Assembly (NCBI GenBank): GCA_030612025.1 | Contig: JAUWOR010000003.1 | Span: 1 to 64,000 of the forward strand | DNA: 64,000 nt | Source of the DNA: Dehalococcoidia bacterium | Lineage (GTDB): Bacteria > Chloroflexota > Dehalococcoidia > GIF9 > AB-539-J10 | Reading direction: 5' to 3' | Shown: positions 38,531 to 48,911 of the stretch, one piece after another | How positions within the stretch are numbered: position 1 is the first letter of the stretch | Layout: each line of letters begins with the position of its first letter | Program-made: the position numbers and the translations under genes | The notes under the pieces: model-generated | What the model was told of the DNA's origin: nothing | Databases searched by the model: none | What the model saw: the letters and a program-made list of their open reading frames with translations, nothing else

Positions 38531-40963
38531 ATGACACCGGAGAAATTTACCGAGCAAGCTCAAGAGGTCTTAGCGGCATCACAGGAGTTAGTTCGACGCT
38601 ATCACCACAATCAATGGGATGTGGAACATGTCCTATTAGCTTTGCTGGAGCAACAAGGGGGGGTAACTATAGACATATTACGAGAACTAGGTGTGGATGT
38701 TGAGGCAATGAAAAGGCGAGTGGAGGCGACGCTGCAAAGCTACCCCACGGTAGCTTATGAGGGAACGCAAATTTATGCTACACCACGAATTTCCCAGCTT
38801 ATGCAGAATGCTCGCCAGGAGGCTGACAGGCTTAAGGATGAGTTCATCAGCACGGAACATCTGCTCATTGCCATTGCTGCCGAAGGCAGGGGCGAAGCCA
38901 CGGCAATCCTAGCCGAATTTGGCCTCAACCAAGAAAGGATTTACCAAGCTTTGCGCAAAATTCGCGGTGCCCATCGGGTTACTGACCAACATGCGGAAAG
39001 CAAATATCGCTCTCTGGAAAAATATGGACATGACCTCACCGAGCTAGCTCGTCAAGGTAAACTCGACCCAGTAATTGGCCGGGAGAAGGAAGTCAAGCGT
39101 GTAATACAGATACTCTCACGCCGCACCAAGAATAACCCTGTGCTTATTGGTGACGCCGGCGTAGGCAAGACAGCCATCGCGGAGGGTTTAGCCCAGAAGA
39201 TTGTCGCTGGGGATGCCCCCGACTCCCTCAAAGAGAAAAGGGTGGTTGCCTTGGATATGGGAGCTTTAGTGGCAGGGAGCAAATTCCGAGGGGAATTTGA
39301 AGAGAGGCTAAAAGCGGTCTTAGACGAAGTCCGTCAGGCGAGTGGAGAAGTCATTCTGTTTATTGACGAGCTTCATACCGTAGTAGGAGCCGGGGCTGCT
39401 GAGGGAGCAATTGATGCCAGCAATATGCTTAAGCCAGCGTTGGCTCGTGGTGAACTTCAATGTATCGGAGCTACCACTCTTGATGAATATCGAAAACGCA
39501 TTGAGAAGGACGCAGCATTGGCAAGGAGGTTCCAGCCTGTCTTCATTGGCGAACCCAGTGTAGAAACAACCATAGAGATGCTTCGAGGACTTCGCCCTAG
39601 ATATGAAGCCCATCATAAGATAAAAATCGATGATTTAGCTCTAGTAGCTGCGGCCAAGCTAAGCCAGAGATATATCTCCGATAGATTCTTGCCTGATAAG
39701 GCCGTTGACCTAATCGATGAAGCCGCCAGCAAACTACGCATTGACATGGAAAGTGCCCCAGAGGAAGTTAAAAAACTAGACCGGGAGATAAAGCATTTGC
39801 GTGATGAGGAAGAAGCTGCTTCACAACGGAGAGCCTACCAAAGGGCAGCGGAGCTGAAAGCAAAAAGATTGAGGTTAGAACAGGAATACAATAATGCCAA
39901 ACTTCAGTGGCAGCAGGAAGGGAAAATTGACGGTGTGGTGGACGAGGAGGATGTTGCTCAGCTAGTTTCCCAATGGACAGGCATCCCGGTCTCTCGAATG
40001 CTTGAAAGTGAAAGTGACAAATTGGTTCACATGGAAGAGGGGCTTCACCAGAGGATAGTGGACCAGGAGGAGGCGGTGGCAGCCATTTCCGAAGCTATCC
40101 GACGGGGCCGAGCCGGACTTAAGGATCCTAAGCGCCCCATTGGTAGTTTTATTTTTCTCGGTCCCACTGGCGTAGGCAAGACAGAGCTAGCTCGAGCTTT
40201 GGCACAATTCCTCTTCGACGATGAAGAGGCCATGGTGAGATTGGACATGTCAGAATATATGGAAAAACATACCGTATCTCGCCTCATTGGCGCACCACCT
40301 GGCTATGTAGGGTATGAAGAAGGTGGTCAGTTAACTGAGGCGGTGAGGCGTCGCCCTTACCGAGTCATTCTCTTCGATGAGGTGGAGAAGGCACATACTG
40401 AGGTATTTAACATACTATTGCAGCTACTAGAGGACGGCCGGCTTACCGATGGGCATGGCAGAACCGTGGATTTCAAAAACACAGTGGTGATTATGACCAG
40501 CAACTTGGGCACCGAGGAATTCCAGCGCCAGGCTATTGGCTTCCACCATAGGGACGAAGCAGATGAACAAAGAATGAGGAAAACCATAGAAAGTGCTTTG
40601 AAGCAAACTTTCCGCCCTGAATTGCTTAATAGAATAGACGATGTCATTATATTTCATCCTTTGACCGAGGAGAACTTGAAGAGCATTGTTGACTTGCTCG
40701 TTCGAGAGGTAGAGCAGAGGTTGGCTGAACGGAATATCAAGATCGAGATCGGTCCTGAAGCCAAAGCTTGGCTGGTAAAAAGAGGCTATGACCCAGTATA
40801 TGGGGCTCGCCCCCTACGTCGGGCTATCCAGAGATATGTGGAAAATCCACTATCAACCAAGATATTAAAGGGTGAGTCTAAGGAGGGAGACACCATAGCT
40901 ATCGGTGTAGAAGGAGATAACCTAAGCTTTACCACTACAAAATCTGCCGAGGCAAGGATATAA
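38531..40963 (+). CDS. Clp AAA+ chaperone (ClpB/ClpC family)
   Basis: Clp-N repeats, [27 protein letters not shown]; short middle domain. Confidence 0.93.
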   Translation: MTPEKFTEQAQEVLAASQELVRRYHHNQWDVEHVLLALLEQQGGVTIDILRELGVDVEAMKRRVEATLQSYPTVAYEGTQIYATPRISQLMQNARQEADRLKDEFISTEHLLIAIAAEGRGEATAILAEFGLNQERIYQALRKIRGAHRVTDQHAESKYRSLEKYGHDLTELARQGKLDPVIGREKEVKRVIQILSRRTKNNPVLIGDAGVGKTAIAEGLAQKIVAGDAPDSLKEKRVVALDMGALVAGSKFRGEFEERLKAVLDEVRQASGEVILFIDELHTVVGAGAAEGAIDASNMLKPALARGELQCIGATTLDEYRKRIEKDAALARRFQPVFIGEPSVETTIEMLRGLRPRYEAHHKIKIDDLALVAAAKLSQRYISDRFLPDKAVDLIDEAASKLRIDMESAPEEVKKLDREIKHLRDEEEAASQRRAYQRAAELKAKRLRLEQEYNNAKLQWQQEGKIDGVVDEEDVAQLVSQWTGIPVSRMLESESDKLVHMEEGLHQRIVDQEEAVAAISEAIRRGRAGLKDPKRPIGSFIFLGPTGVGKTELARALAQFLFDDEEAMVRLDMSEYMEKHTVSRLIGAPPGYVGYEEGGQLTEAVRRRPYRVILFDEVEKAHTEVFNILLQLLEDGRLTDGHGRTVDFKNTVVIMTSNLGTEEFQRQAIGFHHRDEADEQRMRKTIESALKQTFRPELLNRIDDVIIFHPLTEENLKSIVDLLVREVEQRLAERNIKIEIGPEAKAWLVKRGYDPVYGARPLRRAIQRYVENPLSTKILKGESKEGDTIAIGVEGDNLSFTTTKSAEARI

Positions 40964-40972
40964 TACTAGACC

Positions 40973-41542
40973 GTGAAATTGAAACCCACCAAGCGGGAGG
41001 CCATCGTAGGGGGCTTATCCCTAACAATTACTATAGCACTCTGTGTTCTTATTATTCAGCATCGAGGTTATCTGGGTGAGATAAGGCGCTGGGGTTATCT
41101 TGGTTGCTTTATCATCAACACGCTTGCTAGCGGGACCCTAGCTGTCCCTGGATTTGGTATCTTAGTTACATTCACTTTAGGCGGGGTGTTAAATCCGGCA
41201 ATAGTGGGCGCTGTAGCTGGAATTGGCGAAACTATAGGTGCTGTGGGTGCTTATTTCACTGGCTACGGTGGCAGGGGGTTATTGCGAGATAACAACAGCG
41301 CTCTTTATACTCGCTTTACCAATATACTACACCGCCATGGTTCTAAGAGTGTTTTCCTTATGGCATCAGTTGTCAATCCCATTTATTATCCCTTCGCTGT
41401 GTTTATGGGCATGCTTCGCTTTGGTCTAACCAGGTTTTTCCTCTTGACTTGGGCCGGGAGGACAATCAAAAGCATGGTTCTGGCTTACCTGGGATACTTT
41501 GGCTTACGGTCTATATTGCAGTGGCTGGGGCTAAGTTTCTAG
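40973..41542 (+). CDS. VTT/DedA-family membrane protein
   Basis: Hydrophobic; GETIGAVGAYFTGYGG, GRTIK. Confidence 0.8.
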   Translation: MKLKPTKREAIVGGLSLTITIALCVLIIQHRGYLGEIRRWGYLGCFIINTLASGTLAVPGFGILVTFTLGGVLNPAIVGAVAGIGETIGAVGAYFTGYGGRGLLRDNNSALYTRFTNILHRHGSKSVFLMASVVNPIYYPFAVFMGMLRFGLTRFFLLTWAGRTIKSMVLAYLGYFGLRSILQWLGLSF

Positions 41543-41582
41543 CTTGAGTTTTCTAAGATTTCTTGCTATAGTTTTTAAAAGT

Positions 41583-41658
41583 GGGGCTGTAGCTCAATTG
41601 GGAGAGCGTTTGACTGGCAGTCAAAAGGTAGTGGGTTCGAATCCCATCAGCTCCACCA
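41583..41658 (+). tRNA. tRNA-Ala(GGC)
   Basis: Full 76-nt cloverleaf, G3-U70 pair, TTTGA-CTGGCAG-TCAAA anticodon arm, encoded CCA. Confidence 0.97.
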
Positions 41659-41900
41659 TGATAGAAAGCAGGTAGAATTCCTCTCCGCTCCTCGAGAATT
41701 TCATCAGGTGGTAGAGGCATTATATATGTGAGAACCATTTCTTTTTTACCCTCACCTCTTTTGCGAAACTACAGTAATGGTATCCAGAGCGTCTGATATT
41801 CTGCGACAGATGCCTGAGCTCGTTCAGATAGATGGGCGACACTTTAAAGTATAAGGGGATCTTTCGCTTTATGGTTGAGACACAGACTGGCTAGCTTTTG

Positions 41901-42079
41901 TGTCATTGCGAGCGAAGCGAAGCAATCCCACAAAAAAGAAACCAAATAGGAGATTGCTTCGGCACTGAAATGCCTCGTAATGACAGCCGTCCTTTGTCAC
42001 CCTGAACGAAGTGAAGGGGCTGTGAGATTCTTCGCCTTCGGCTCAGAATGACAATAGGGAGCGGCTCCTCGCAATGACA
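41901..42079. repeat. Cluster of TGTCA-type palindromic repeats
   Basis: TGTCATTGCGAGCGAAGCGAAGCAATC...CTCGTAATGACA, TGTCACCCTGA...CTCAGAATGACA, CTCGCAATGACA. Confidence 0.85.
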
Positions 42080-42161
42080 AGGAAGTCAAGTGTCGCTAAT
42101 CTTATGGAACGAGTACAAAGGCCTTTAATTTACCTTAAAATTAGGTTAAACTTCTACCGAT

Positions 42162-44606
42162 ATGGCTCTGAAATATAACCCTCAAGAAATCGAGAAGAAA
42201 TGGCAGGAGAAATGGGCTGCTGACCGCATCTATGAGGTCAAAGAAGATAGCAGTCAGCCAAAATTTTACGCTCTGACCATGTTCCCCTATACCTCAGGAG
42301 ACCTCCACATTGGGCATTGGTACGCTATGGCTCCTTCAGATGTCCATGCCAGATTTAAGAGAATGCAGGGATATGATGTGCTTCATCCCATGGGTTTTGA
42401 TGCTTTCGGACTACCTGCAGAGAATGCCGCCATTAGTCACGGTATCCACCCTTATGACTGGACAATGGCGAATATAGAGCATATGCGACGCCAGCTCAAG
42501 AGCATGGGGGCAATCTACGACTGGGATCGAGAGGTAGTTAGCTGCCTCCCTGAGTATTATAAGTGGACGCAGTGGTTTTTCCTGAAACTTTATCACGCTG
42601 GTCTGGCTTACCGCGCTAAGGCACCAGTCAATTGGTGTCCTAAGTGTCAGACAGTGTTGGCTAATGAACAGGTGGTAGGGGAAGGATTTTGCGAGCGTTG
42701 TGGCAGCCAGGTGACTAAAAAGGATCTGGAGCAGTGGTTTTTCCGGATCACCAGATATGCTGAGGAACTCCTCGACTTCAGCCACATAGATTGGCCAGAG
42801 CGCATAAAGACAATGCAGAGAAACTGGATTGGCAAAAGCGAGGGCGCCGAGGTTTCCTTTGGCTTAGAGCACGAGGATATAGAGCAAAAAGAGATAAGCG
42901 TGTTTACCACTCGCCCTGATACTATCTTTGGGGTAACTTTTTTCCTTCTGGCGCCAGAGCATCCTCTAGTTCCCAAATTGACTACCCCGGAGTATAAGGC
43001 TAAGGTAGAAGAGTATATTGCCTGGTGTAGGCAGCAGACGGAGTACGAACGGACGGCTTTGGGCAAGGAGAAAACGGGAACCTTTTTGGGAAGCTATGTT
43101 ATCAACAGGTTAAACGGGGAGAAAGTGCCTATCTGGATTACTGATTACGTCTTGCCAACTTATGGTACCGGAGCAGTAATGGGGGTTCCAGCTCATGATG
43201 AGAGAGATCTTGAGTTTGCTAAGAAGTTTAATCTCCCTGTACGAACAGTTATTGCTCCTCCAGGTTGGTCAGGCGAGGAACTAGCAGAGGCATATACTGA
43301 GCCAGGCACAATGGTAAATTCTGGGGAGTTTAACGGCTTACCTAGCGAACAGGGATATGAGCGGATTTGTAATTTGATAGAGAGAAAAGGTTGGGGTAAA
43401 AAAGCCGTTACTTACCGCCTTCGGGATTGGCTTATCTCCAGGCAGAGGTACTGGGGGGCGCCAATACCGATAGTCTATTGTGATAAGTGCGGCATAGTCC
43501 CTGTACCTGAGAAGAGCCTCCCTGTTTTGCTCCCTCCTAATGCTGAGTTTAGGCCCACTGGCGAGTCTCCTTTGAAATATTGCCAGTCATTTGTTAATAC
43601 CACCTGTCCTAAATGTTTTCGACCGGCACGACGGGAGATCGATACTATGGATACCTTTATGTGCTCTAACTGGTATTTTTTGAGGTATACCAGCCCAAAA
43701 ATTGATAATGCCCCCTTTGAGGCTAAAAAGGTGAAGTATTGGCTGCCTGTGGATTTGTATACTGGTGGCGCTGAGCATGCTGTTATGCATCTCCTCTACT
43801 CCCGCTTTTTCATTAAAACCATAAGGGATATAGGCTTGGTTGACTTTGATGAGCCATTTACCCGCCTGTTTAATCAAGGAACGATAATTTACCGCGGGGG
43901 TAAGATGAGTAAATCTAAAGGCAATGTAATTGCTCCGGATGAATATGTGGCTGAATTAGGGGCTGATGCTGTTCGTGGTTACCTTATGTTTATCGGCCCC
44001 TGGGAGTTGGGAGGAGAATGGAGCGATAGCGGTATTGTAGGCATAAGCCGCTGGCTAAACAGGGTGTGGAGCTTAATAGAAACAGGCTACGCCAGTCAGG
44101 ATGTTGTGCCAAAGGCAGAGAAAGGGCTCCACCACGTTATTCATAAGACAATTAAAAAGGTAACCAAAGATCTGGAAAAGTTTCACTTTAATACCATGCT
44201 GGCTAGCCTCATGGAGTTTACTAATTATTTATCTAAGGTGCAGGAAGCAAAGAATATATCAATTTCGCTTTGGCAGGAAGCCATTACATATTTGCTGCTT
44301 CTCCTCGCTCCTACCGCCCCCCATCTTGCTGAGGAGCTATGGGCTAGGACAGGGCATCCTTACAGCATTCACAATCAATCTTGGCCAAGGTGGGATGAAG
44401 AGATGGCTAAGGAAGAGGAGATCACCCTCGTCATCCAGATAAACGGCAAATTACGGGATAAACTAATTGTGCCTGCTTCTATCACTGAGATTGAAGCCAA
44501 GGAACTAGCACTGGAACGGGAGCGAGTAAAGGCCTACACTAACAACAAGAAGATTGCTAATATCATTTACGTCCCTAAGAGGGTGATAAATATTGTCGCC
44601 AAGTGA
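42162..44606 (+). CDS. leuS: Leucine--tRNA ligase
   Basis: MFPYTSGDLHIGH, DWLISRQRYWG, KMSKSKGN. Confidence 0.98.
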   Translation: MALKYNPQEIEKKWQEKWAADRIYEVKEDSSQPKFYALTMFPYTSGDLHIGHWYAMAPSDVHARFKRMQGYDVLHPMGFDAFGLPAENAAISHGIHPYDWTMANIEHMRRQLKSMGAIYDWDREVVSCLPEYYKWTQWFFLKLYHAGLAYRAKAPVNWCPKCQTVLANEQVVGEGFCERCGSQVTKKDLEQWFFRITRYAEELLDFSHIDWPERIKTMQRNWIGKSEGAEVSFGLEHEDIEQKEISVFTTRPDTIFGVTFFLLAPEHPLVPKLTTPEYKAKVEEYIAWCRQQTEYERTALGKEKTGTFLGSYVINRLNGEKVPIWITDYVLPTYGTGAVMGVPAHDERDLEFAKKFNLPVRTVIAPPGWSGEELAEAYTEPGTMVNSGEFNGLPSEQGYERICNLIERKGWGKKAVTYRLRDWLISRQRYWGAPIPIVYCDKCGIVPVPEKSLPVLLPPNAEFRPTGESPLKYCQSFVNTTCPKCFRPARREIDTMDTFMCSNWYFLRYTSPKIDNAPFEAKKVKYWLPVDLYTGGAEHAVMHLLYSRFFIKTIRDIGLVDFDEPFTRLFNQGTIIYRGGKMSKSKGNVIAPDEYVAELGADAVRGYLMFIGPWELGGEWSDSGIVGISRWLNRVWSLIETGYASQDVVPKAEKGLHHVIHKTIKKVTKDLEKFHFNTMLASLMEFTNYLSKVQEAKNISISLWQEAITYLLLLLAPTAPHLAEELWARTGHPYSIHNQSWPRWDEEMAKEEEITLVIQINGKLRDKLIVPASITEIEAKELALERERVKAYTNNKKIANIIYVPKRVINIVAK

Positions 44607-44609
44607 GAA

Positions 44610-45437
44610 ATGGAAATGCGCATAGCTTTTATTGGCGGTGGGACTATGGGGGAGGCGATGATAGGATGCCTTCTTAACAAAAATATTGCTATGCCCGCCA
44701 ATATTATAGTTAGTGATATGAGGCAATCACGACGAGAACTACTAAGTCGAGAATATGGAGTGAGCACCTTAGCTGATAATAGAAAGGCAATAGAAGGTGC
44801 TGACTTGATTATCCTGGCCGTGAAGCCCCAGGACCTAGCTCAGGCAATGGAGGAAATAAAAAAACCCGCGCCACAGCAAGTTGTATTATCCATCATAGCT
44901 GGTGCCAGCTTGTCTACTTTACAGCATGGCTTGAAGCACCCTGGCATTATCAGGGCTATGCCTAATATGCCAGGGCAAATTGGTGAGGGAATGACCGTAT
45001 GGACAGCAACTACAGAAGTTAGCCAAAAACAGAGGGAGATGGCTCAATCTGTCCTCGGTGCTTTGGGCGAGCAAATTTACGTTGCTGATGAGAAATACCT
45101 AGACATGGCTACAGCCTTAAGCGGAAGTGGTCCGGCTTACGTGTTTCTTTTCATCGAGGCACTTATTGATGCCGGTGTCCATATCGGCTTGCCACGCAAT
45201 ATAGCCGAGAAATTAGTGATGCAAACCATAGTAGGCTCTACTCATACAGTTCAAAAGACAGACAAACACCCTGCTGAGTTGAGAAGCATGGTTACTTCAC
45301 CAGGAGGAACCACTGCAGAGGCTCTTCTTCAATTAGAAAAAGGGAGCTTTCGTTCTCTCCTTCTTGAGGCTGTTGCCGCCGCTTATAACAAGGCTAAACA
45401 TCTTTCTGTTTCCTCTTCCTCGATGGGAGAGGGCTAG
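44610..45437 (+). CDS. proC: Pyrroline-5-carboxylate reductase
   Basis: FIGGGTMG, AVKPQ, RAMPN, SGSGPAY, VTSPGGTT. Confidence 0.97.
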   Translation: MEMRIAFIGGGTMGEAMIGCLLNKNIAMPANIIVSDMRQSRRELLSREYGVSTLADNRKAIEGADLIILAVKPQDLAQAMEEIKKPAPQQVVLSIIAGASLSTLQHGLKHPGIIRAMPNMPGQIGEGMTVWTATTEVSQKQREMAQSVLGALGEQIYVADEKYLDMATALSGSGPAYVFLFIEALIDAGVHIGLPRNIAEKLVMQTIVGSTHTVQKTDKHPAELRSMVTSPGGTTAEALLQLEKGSFRSLLLEAVAAAYNKAKHLSVSSSSMGEG

Positions 45438-45447
45438 GGTGAGGGTG
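45412..45447. repeat. CCCTC...GGGTGAGGG-type hairpin repeat at the proC junction
   Basis: CCTCTTCCTCGATGGGAGAGGGCTAGGGTGAGGGTG; similar copy at 52995-53030. Confidence 0.7.
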
Positions 45448-46371
45448 AAATTGGATCCGCTTTTTGAATATCGCCATTGTCCTAATTGCGGACAGAATGA
45501 TTTTATTGTGCTCTTCGACTCTAATATGAAACAGGACGATTTCCAAGAAGGAATAGAGAGTGTATACATGTTACCGGGAGACAAGTATGGAAGGCATGTT
45601 AAATGCCGGAATTGTCATCTAATATATGTAAATCCCATTGAAAAAGGAAGCAAAATCAACGAGGACTACTCTCAAAGGAAAAGTGTCGATGCCTCTATTA
45701 TTCGGGAGAGTCGTTTACGTGCTACTAAATCGCAAGTAGAATTAATTAAAAGGTATAAGAAGGGCACAAATCTTTTAGATATAGGTTGTGGTGAAGGTTT
45801 TTTCCTATGTAATGCCTCTAAGGCTGGGTACGTTGCTAAAGGGATTGAATTATCCCAAGATGCCGCAGCATATGCCAAAAGCGAATTCGGCTTAGATGTA
45901 GAAACAAAACCTTTGGAAGAACTACAACTTCCAGAAAATCACTTTGATGTGGTTACTCTATGGGTGGTTCTAGAGCATGTTCCGCACCCACTTACAATCC
46001 TTAAAGAAGTTCACAGGATACTCAAGCCTGGGGGGCTGCTAGCAGTGTCAACTCCAAATATCGGGAGCGTGCTAGCAAAAACCCTGGGCAAAAGATGGTG
46101 GGAGATAAGGAGAGTTCATATCAACCAATTTACCACGAAAAGCCTTATGGATATCCTCAAGAATGCCGAATTCAAAAACATATCTTCTGTCTGTTATAAG
46201 GAATTTATAAGTTTACTCTATCTATTTATACCGATACTAAAATACTTAAAGCTATATGAGAAGGTAAAAACTTCCCTTTTACCTGACTCTGTTTTAGGCA
46301 GGATTATGAATAAGATAATGCTGGTATATCCCTCAAAACTTAATTATTCCGCAGTGATTGCTTTCAAATAG
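45445..46371 (+). CDS. Class I SAM-dependent methyltransferase with N-terminal zinc ribbon
   Basis: CPNC...CRNC, LLDIGCGEG, VLEHVPHP, LKPGG; likely GTG start at 45445. Confidence 0.88.
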   Translation: MKLDPLFEYRHCPNCGQNDFIVLFDSNMKQDDFQEGIESVYMLPGDKYGRHVKCRNCHLIYVNPIEKGSKINEDYSQRKSVDASIIRESRLRATKSQVELIKRYKKGTNLLDIGCGEGFFLCNASKAGYVAKGIELSQDAAAYAKSEFGLDVETKPLEELQLPENHFDVVTLWVVLEHVPHPLTILKEVHRILKPGGLLAVSTPNIGSVLAKTLGKRWWEIRRVHINQFTTKSLMDILKNAEFKNISSVCYKEFISLLYLFIPILKYLKLYEKVKTSLLPDSVLGRIMNKIMLVYPSKLNYSAVIAFK

Positions 46372-46382
46372 GAGGTTGATAA

Positions 46383-47384
46383 ATGACAAATTTTTCTCCA
46401 TTACAAGGGATTAAGCTTGCCAAAAGGGGGATTTATAACTATATAACCAGCCGTCCTTTAGTAGTTTCCTACGAGCTAACACTTTCTTGTAATTGCAACT
46501 GCCGGCATTGTGAGTTGGGCGGAATAATAAAGAACGAGATGCAACTTCAACCAGATGATTATGCTAACTTAACTCGACTCATAAAGCCGCCAGTAGTGCA
46601 AATCTCTGGTGGTGAACCACTTTTGCGTAAGGATATAGTAGCTATAGTTAAGGCTATCAAGCAATCTGATGGGCTACCGTACTTGATACTCGTTACCAAT
46701 GGGGTGCTACTAAACGAGAGTCACTATTTACAACTGCATGAAGCTGGAGTGAACCAACTTTCAGTATCACTTGACTTCCCTGATGAGCGCCATGATGAAT
46801 TTCGGCGGCACCGAGGTTTGTATGAACACTTGGAACAAACACTTCCTAAGCTGGCAAAGTTTGGTTACCGAGATATCATCTTGAACACTGCTATAACTCA
46901 AGCCAATTTGAAAGATGTATTGCCTTTGGCAAAAAAGGCTATGGACTGGAATATATCCATATCATACAGCGCATATACCGCACTGCGAACAGGCAACAAA
47001 GATTACTGCATCGATAGCGAAGAGGATTTGAACATTTTACGCCAGACGATTAGCGAACTTATAGAATTGAAAAAGCAAACCAGCCATGTAATCAACTCTA
47101 AAGCTATACTTTTAGATACTTTAAGGTATTTTGAGCGAGGTTATATGCCCAATTGTAAGGCTGGTAAGAGATTCTTTGTCGTGATGCCTGATGGGGGTTT
47201 TGTTCCTTGCTCACATCGCGGTAATAAATATTCTACTCAAAAAGAGATGATAGAGGATTTTTCTCAGGCAAACCAATGTAGCGCTTGCTATGATGCTATA
47301 AGGTCTTATAGCGAACGATCGCTCTCGGGACAACTAAAAGATGTCCCAGGATACAGCAAACAACTTTTCGCCCGAAATGCTTGA
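46383..47384 (+). CDS. Radical SAM protein with SPASM/twitch-like C-terminus
   Basis: CNCNCRHC (CxxxCxxC), SGGEPL, CKAG...PDG..VPC. Confidence 0.9.
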   Translation: MTNFSPLQGIKLAKRGIYNYITSRPLVVSYELTLSCNCNCRHCELGGIIKNEMQLQPDDYANLTRLIKPPVVQISGGEPLLRKDIVAIVKAIKQSDGLPYLILVTNGVLLNESHYLQLHEAGVNQLSVSLDFPDERHDEFRRHRGLYEHLEQTLPKLAKFGYRDIILNTAITQANLKDVLPLAKKAMDWNISISYSAYTALRTGNKDYCIDSEEDLNILRQTISELIELKKQTSHVINSKAILLDTLRYFERGYMPNCKAGKRFFVVMPDGGFVPCSHRGNKYSTQKEMIEDFSQANQCSACYDAIRSYSERSLSGQLKDVPGYSKQLFARNA

Positions 47385-47395
47385 CAGGTTTTATC

Positions 47396-47662
47396 CTAAG
47401 TAACAGCCGGTGTCTCGCCCGGATATAGCTTACGCCATTTCTCCAGAAGCTGCTCGCGTGTTTCCTTATGATCAGGATCGAGAATGCAACAATCCACAGG
47501 GCAAACCTCAACACATTTAGATGATTCAAACCAGCCGACACACTCAGTGCATTTATTGGGGTCAATAATGTAAATTGTCTCCCCCTCGCTAATTGCTTCA
47601 TTTTTACATTCTGGCAGGCAAGCGCCACAAGCAATACACTCATCAGTAATTTTATACGCCAT
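47396..47662 (-). CDS. YfhL-type 2[4Fe-4S] ferredoxin
   Basis: CIACGACLPEC and CTECVG...CVEVCPVDC. Confidence 0.93.
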   Translation of the reverse strand: MAYKITDECIACGACLPECKNEAISEGETIYIIDPNKCTECVGWFESSKCVEVCPVDCCILDPDHKETREQLLEKWRKLYPGETPAVT

Positions 47663-47706
47663 CTTTACATGACCTCCTTAAAATTTTATTTGCTTTATTT
47701 TAACAC

Positions 47707-48216
47707 CTAGCCTTCCCTTTTTGAACCCCCAGGAATCCTTACTGAGAACTTTTCCCTCAGCGCAGTACCAACATGGTCAGGGACCATGCCTCGAAGGCAA
47801 CCTCCTAGCTTAGCTACTTCTTTAATCAGGCTAGAGCTAAGGAATTGATATTCAGAACTTGTCATTAAACAAATTAGCTCGATATCCGGGGCCAGCTTTT
47901 TATTCATCAGCGCCATTTCAAATTCTCGTTCAAAATCAGAACTCGCCCTCAATCCCCGAATCATAACTGTCCCCCCCACCTCATGAATAAAATCGACAGC
48001 AAGCCCATTAAAAGATTTAACACATACATTAGGCAAATCAGCTACCGCCTTTTCTACCATATCCATCCTTTCTTCCGGGGAGAAAAGTAGCTGTTTACTA
48101 GGCTGATCATAGATGCCGATAATTAACTTATCAAAAACGGCTAAGGCACGGTTGATAATGTCAAGGTGCCCGTTGGTAAGGGGGTCGAAGGTTCCAGGAT
48201 AGACCGCTATCGTCAT
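47707..48216 (-). CDS. coaD: Phosphopantetheine adenylyltransferase
   Basis: YPGTFDPLTNGH, RGLR...DFERE, SSSLIKE. Confidence 0.97.
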   Translation of the reverse strand: MTIAVYPGTFDPLTNGHLDIINRALAVFDKLIIGIYDQPSKQLLFSPEERMDMVEKAVADLPNVCVKSFNGLAVDFIHEVGGTVMIRGLRASSDFEREFEMALMNKKLAPDIELICLMTSSEYQFLSSSLIKEVAKLGGCLRGMVPDHVGTALREKFSVRIPGGSKREG

Positions 48217-48219
48217 AGC

Positions 48220-48768
48220 TTAACCCTCCCTTTGGTAAACGGAAATAAAGGTATCACCATAGTGACGTTGTTTAGCTAGATGTAATCCATCATAATCAGA
48301 ACTTAGTGGAAAGCGATTTGCATGACAAACTGCGATAGCAGTGTTTTCTCCTAATAATCTTGAGCTAGCTATAGTTGCCAAGAAATTACTCACAGTAGCG
48401 TCTGAGTAAGGGGGATCCATAAAGATGATATCATAACTATTACTAAGAAAAGTAACTGCCTTACTGGCGCTACAGCAATAAATATGGGCTTTGTCTAATA
48501 GCCTCGCCCTATCCAAATTGTATTTAATAATGTCACAGCATTTTCTACTCCGGTCAACAAAATCGGCCCACTCCGCCTGGCGGCTTAAAGCTTCTATCCC
48601 CAGAGCACCGCTGCCGGCATATAAATCGAGAACGCGATCCCAACAACTAGCAGTATTCTCCAAAATAGAGAACATAGCTTCCTTCACTACACTGGTTGTG
48701 GGGCGAATCAACTGCCTCGGGGGAGTTTTTAGCAAAGTTCCCTTAGCTTTACCACCAATAACTCGCAT
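48220..48768 (-). CDS. rsmD: 16S rRNA m2G966 methyltransferase
   Basis: MRVIGGKAKG, RPT, DLYAGSGALGIEALSR, DPPY. Confidence 0.95.
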   Translation of the reverse strand: MRVIGGKAKGTLLKTPPRQLIRPTTSVVKEAMFSILENTASCWDRVLDLYAGSGALGIEALSRQAEWADFVDRSRKCCDIIKYNLDRARLLDKAHIYCCSASKAVTFLSNSYDIIFMDPPYSDATVSNFLATIASSRLLGENTAIAVCHANRFPLSSDYDGLHLAKQRHYGDTFISVYQREG

Positions 48769-48911
48769 TTTTTAGCCTTTGATAAACCTTCAATATTTTA
48801 TTATAATTTAGCCATTGTTTCAACCGCTCTACGTAGTTTGACTATAAAGGGTGGCATAATTTATAATGGGCTTAAAATTAAGTAACAGACATTGGATCTG
48901 GAGAGTCGAAT

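Noticed and set aside
41553-41738. 61-aa minus-strand ORF
   Set aside because: Antisense to tRNA-Ala.
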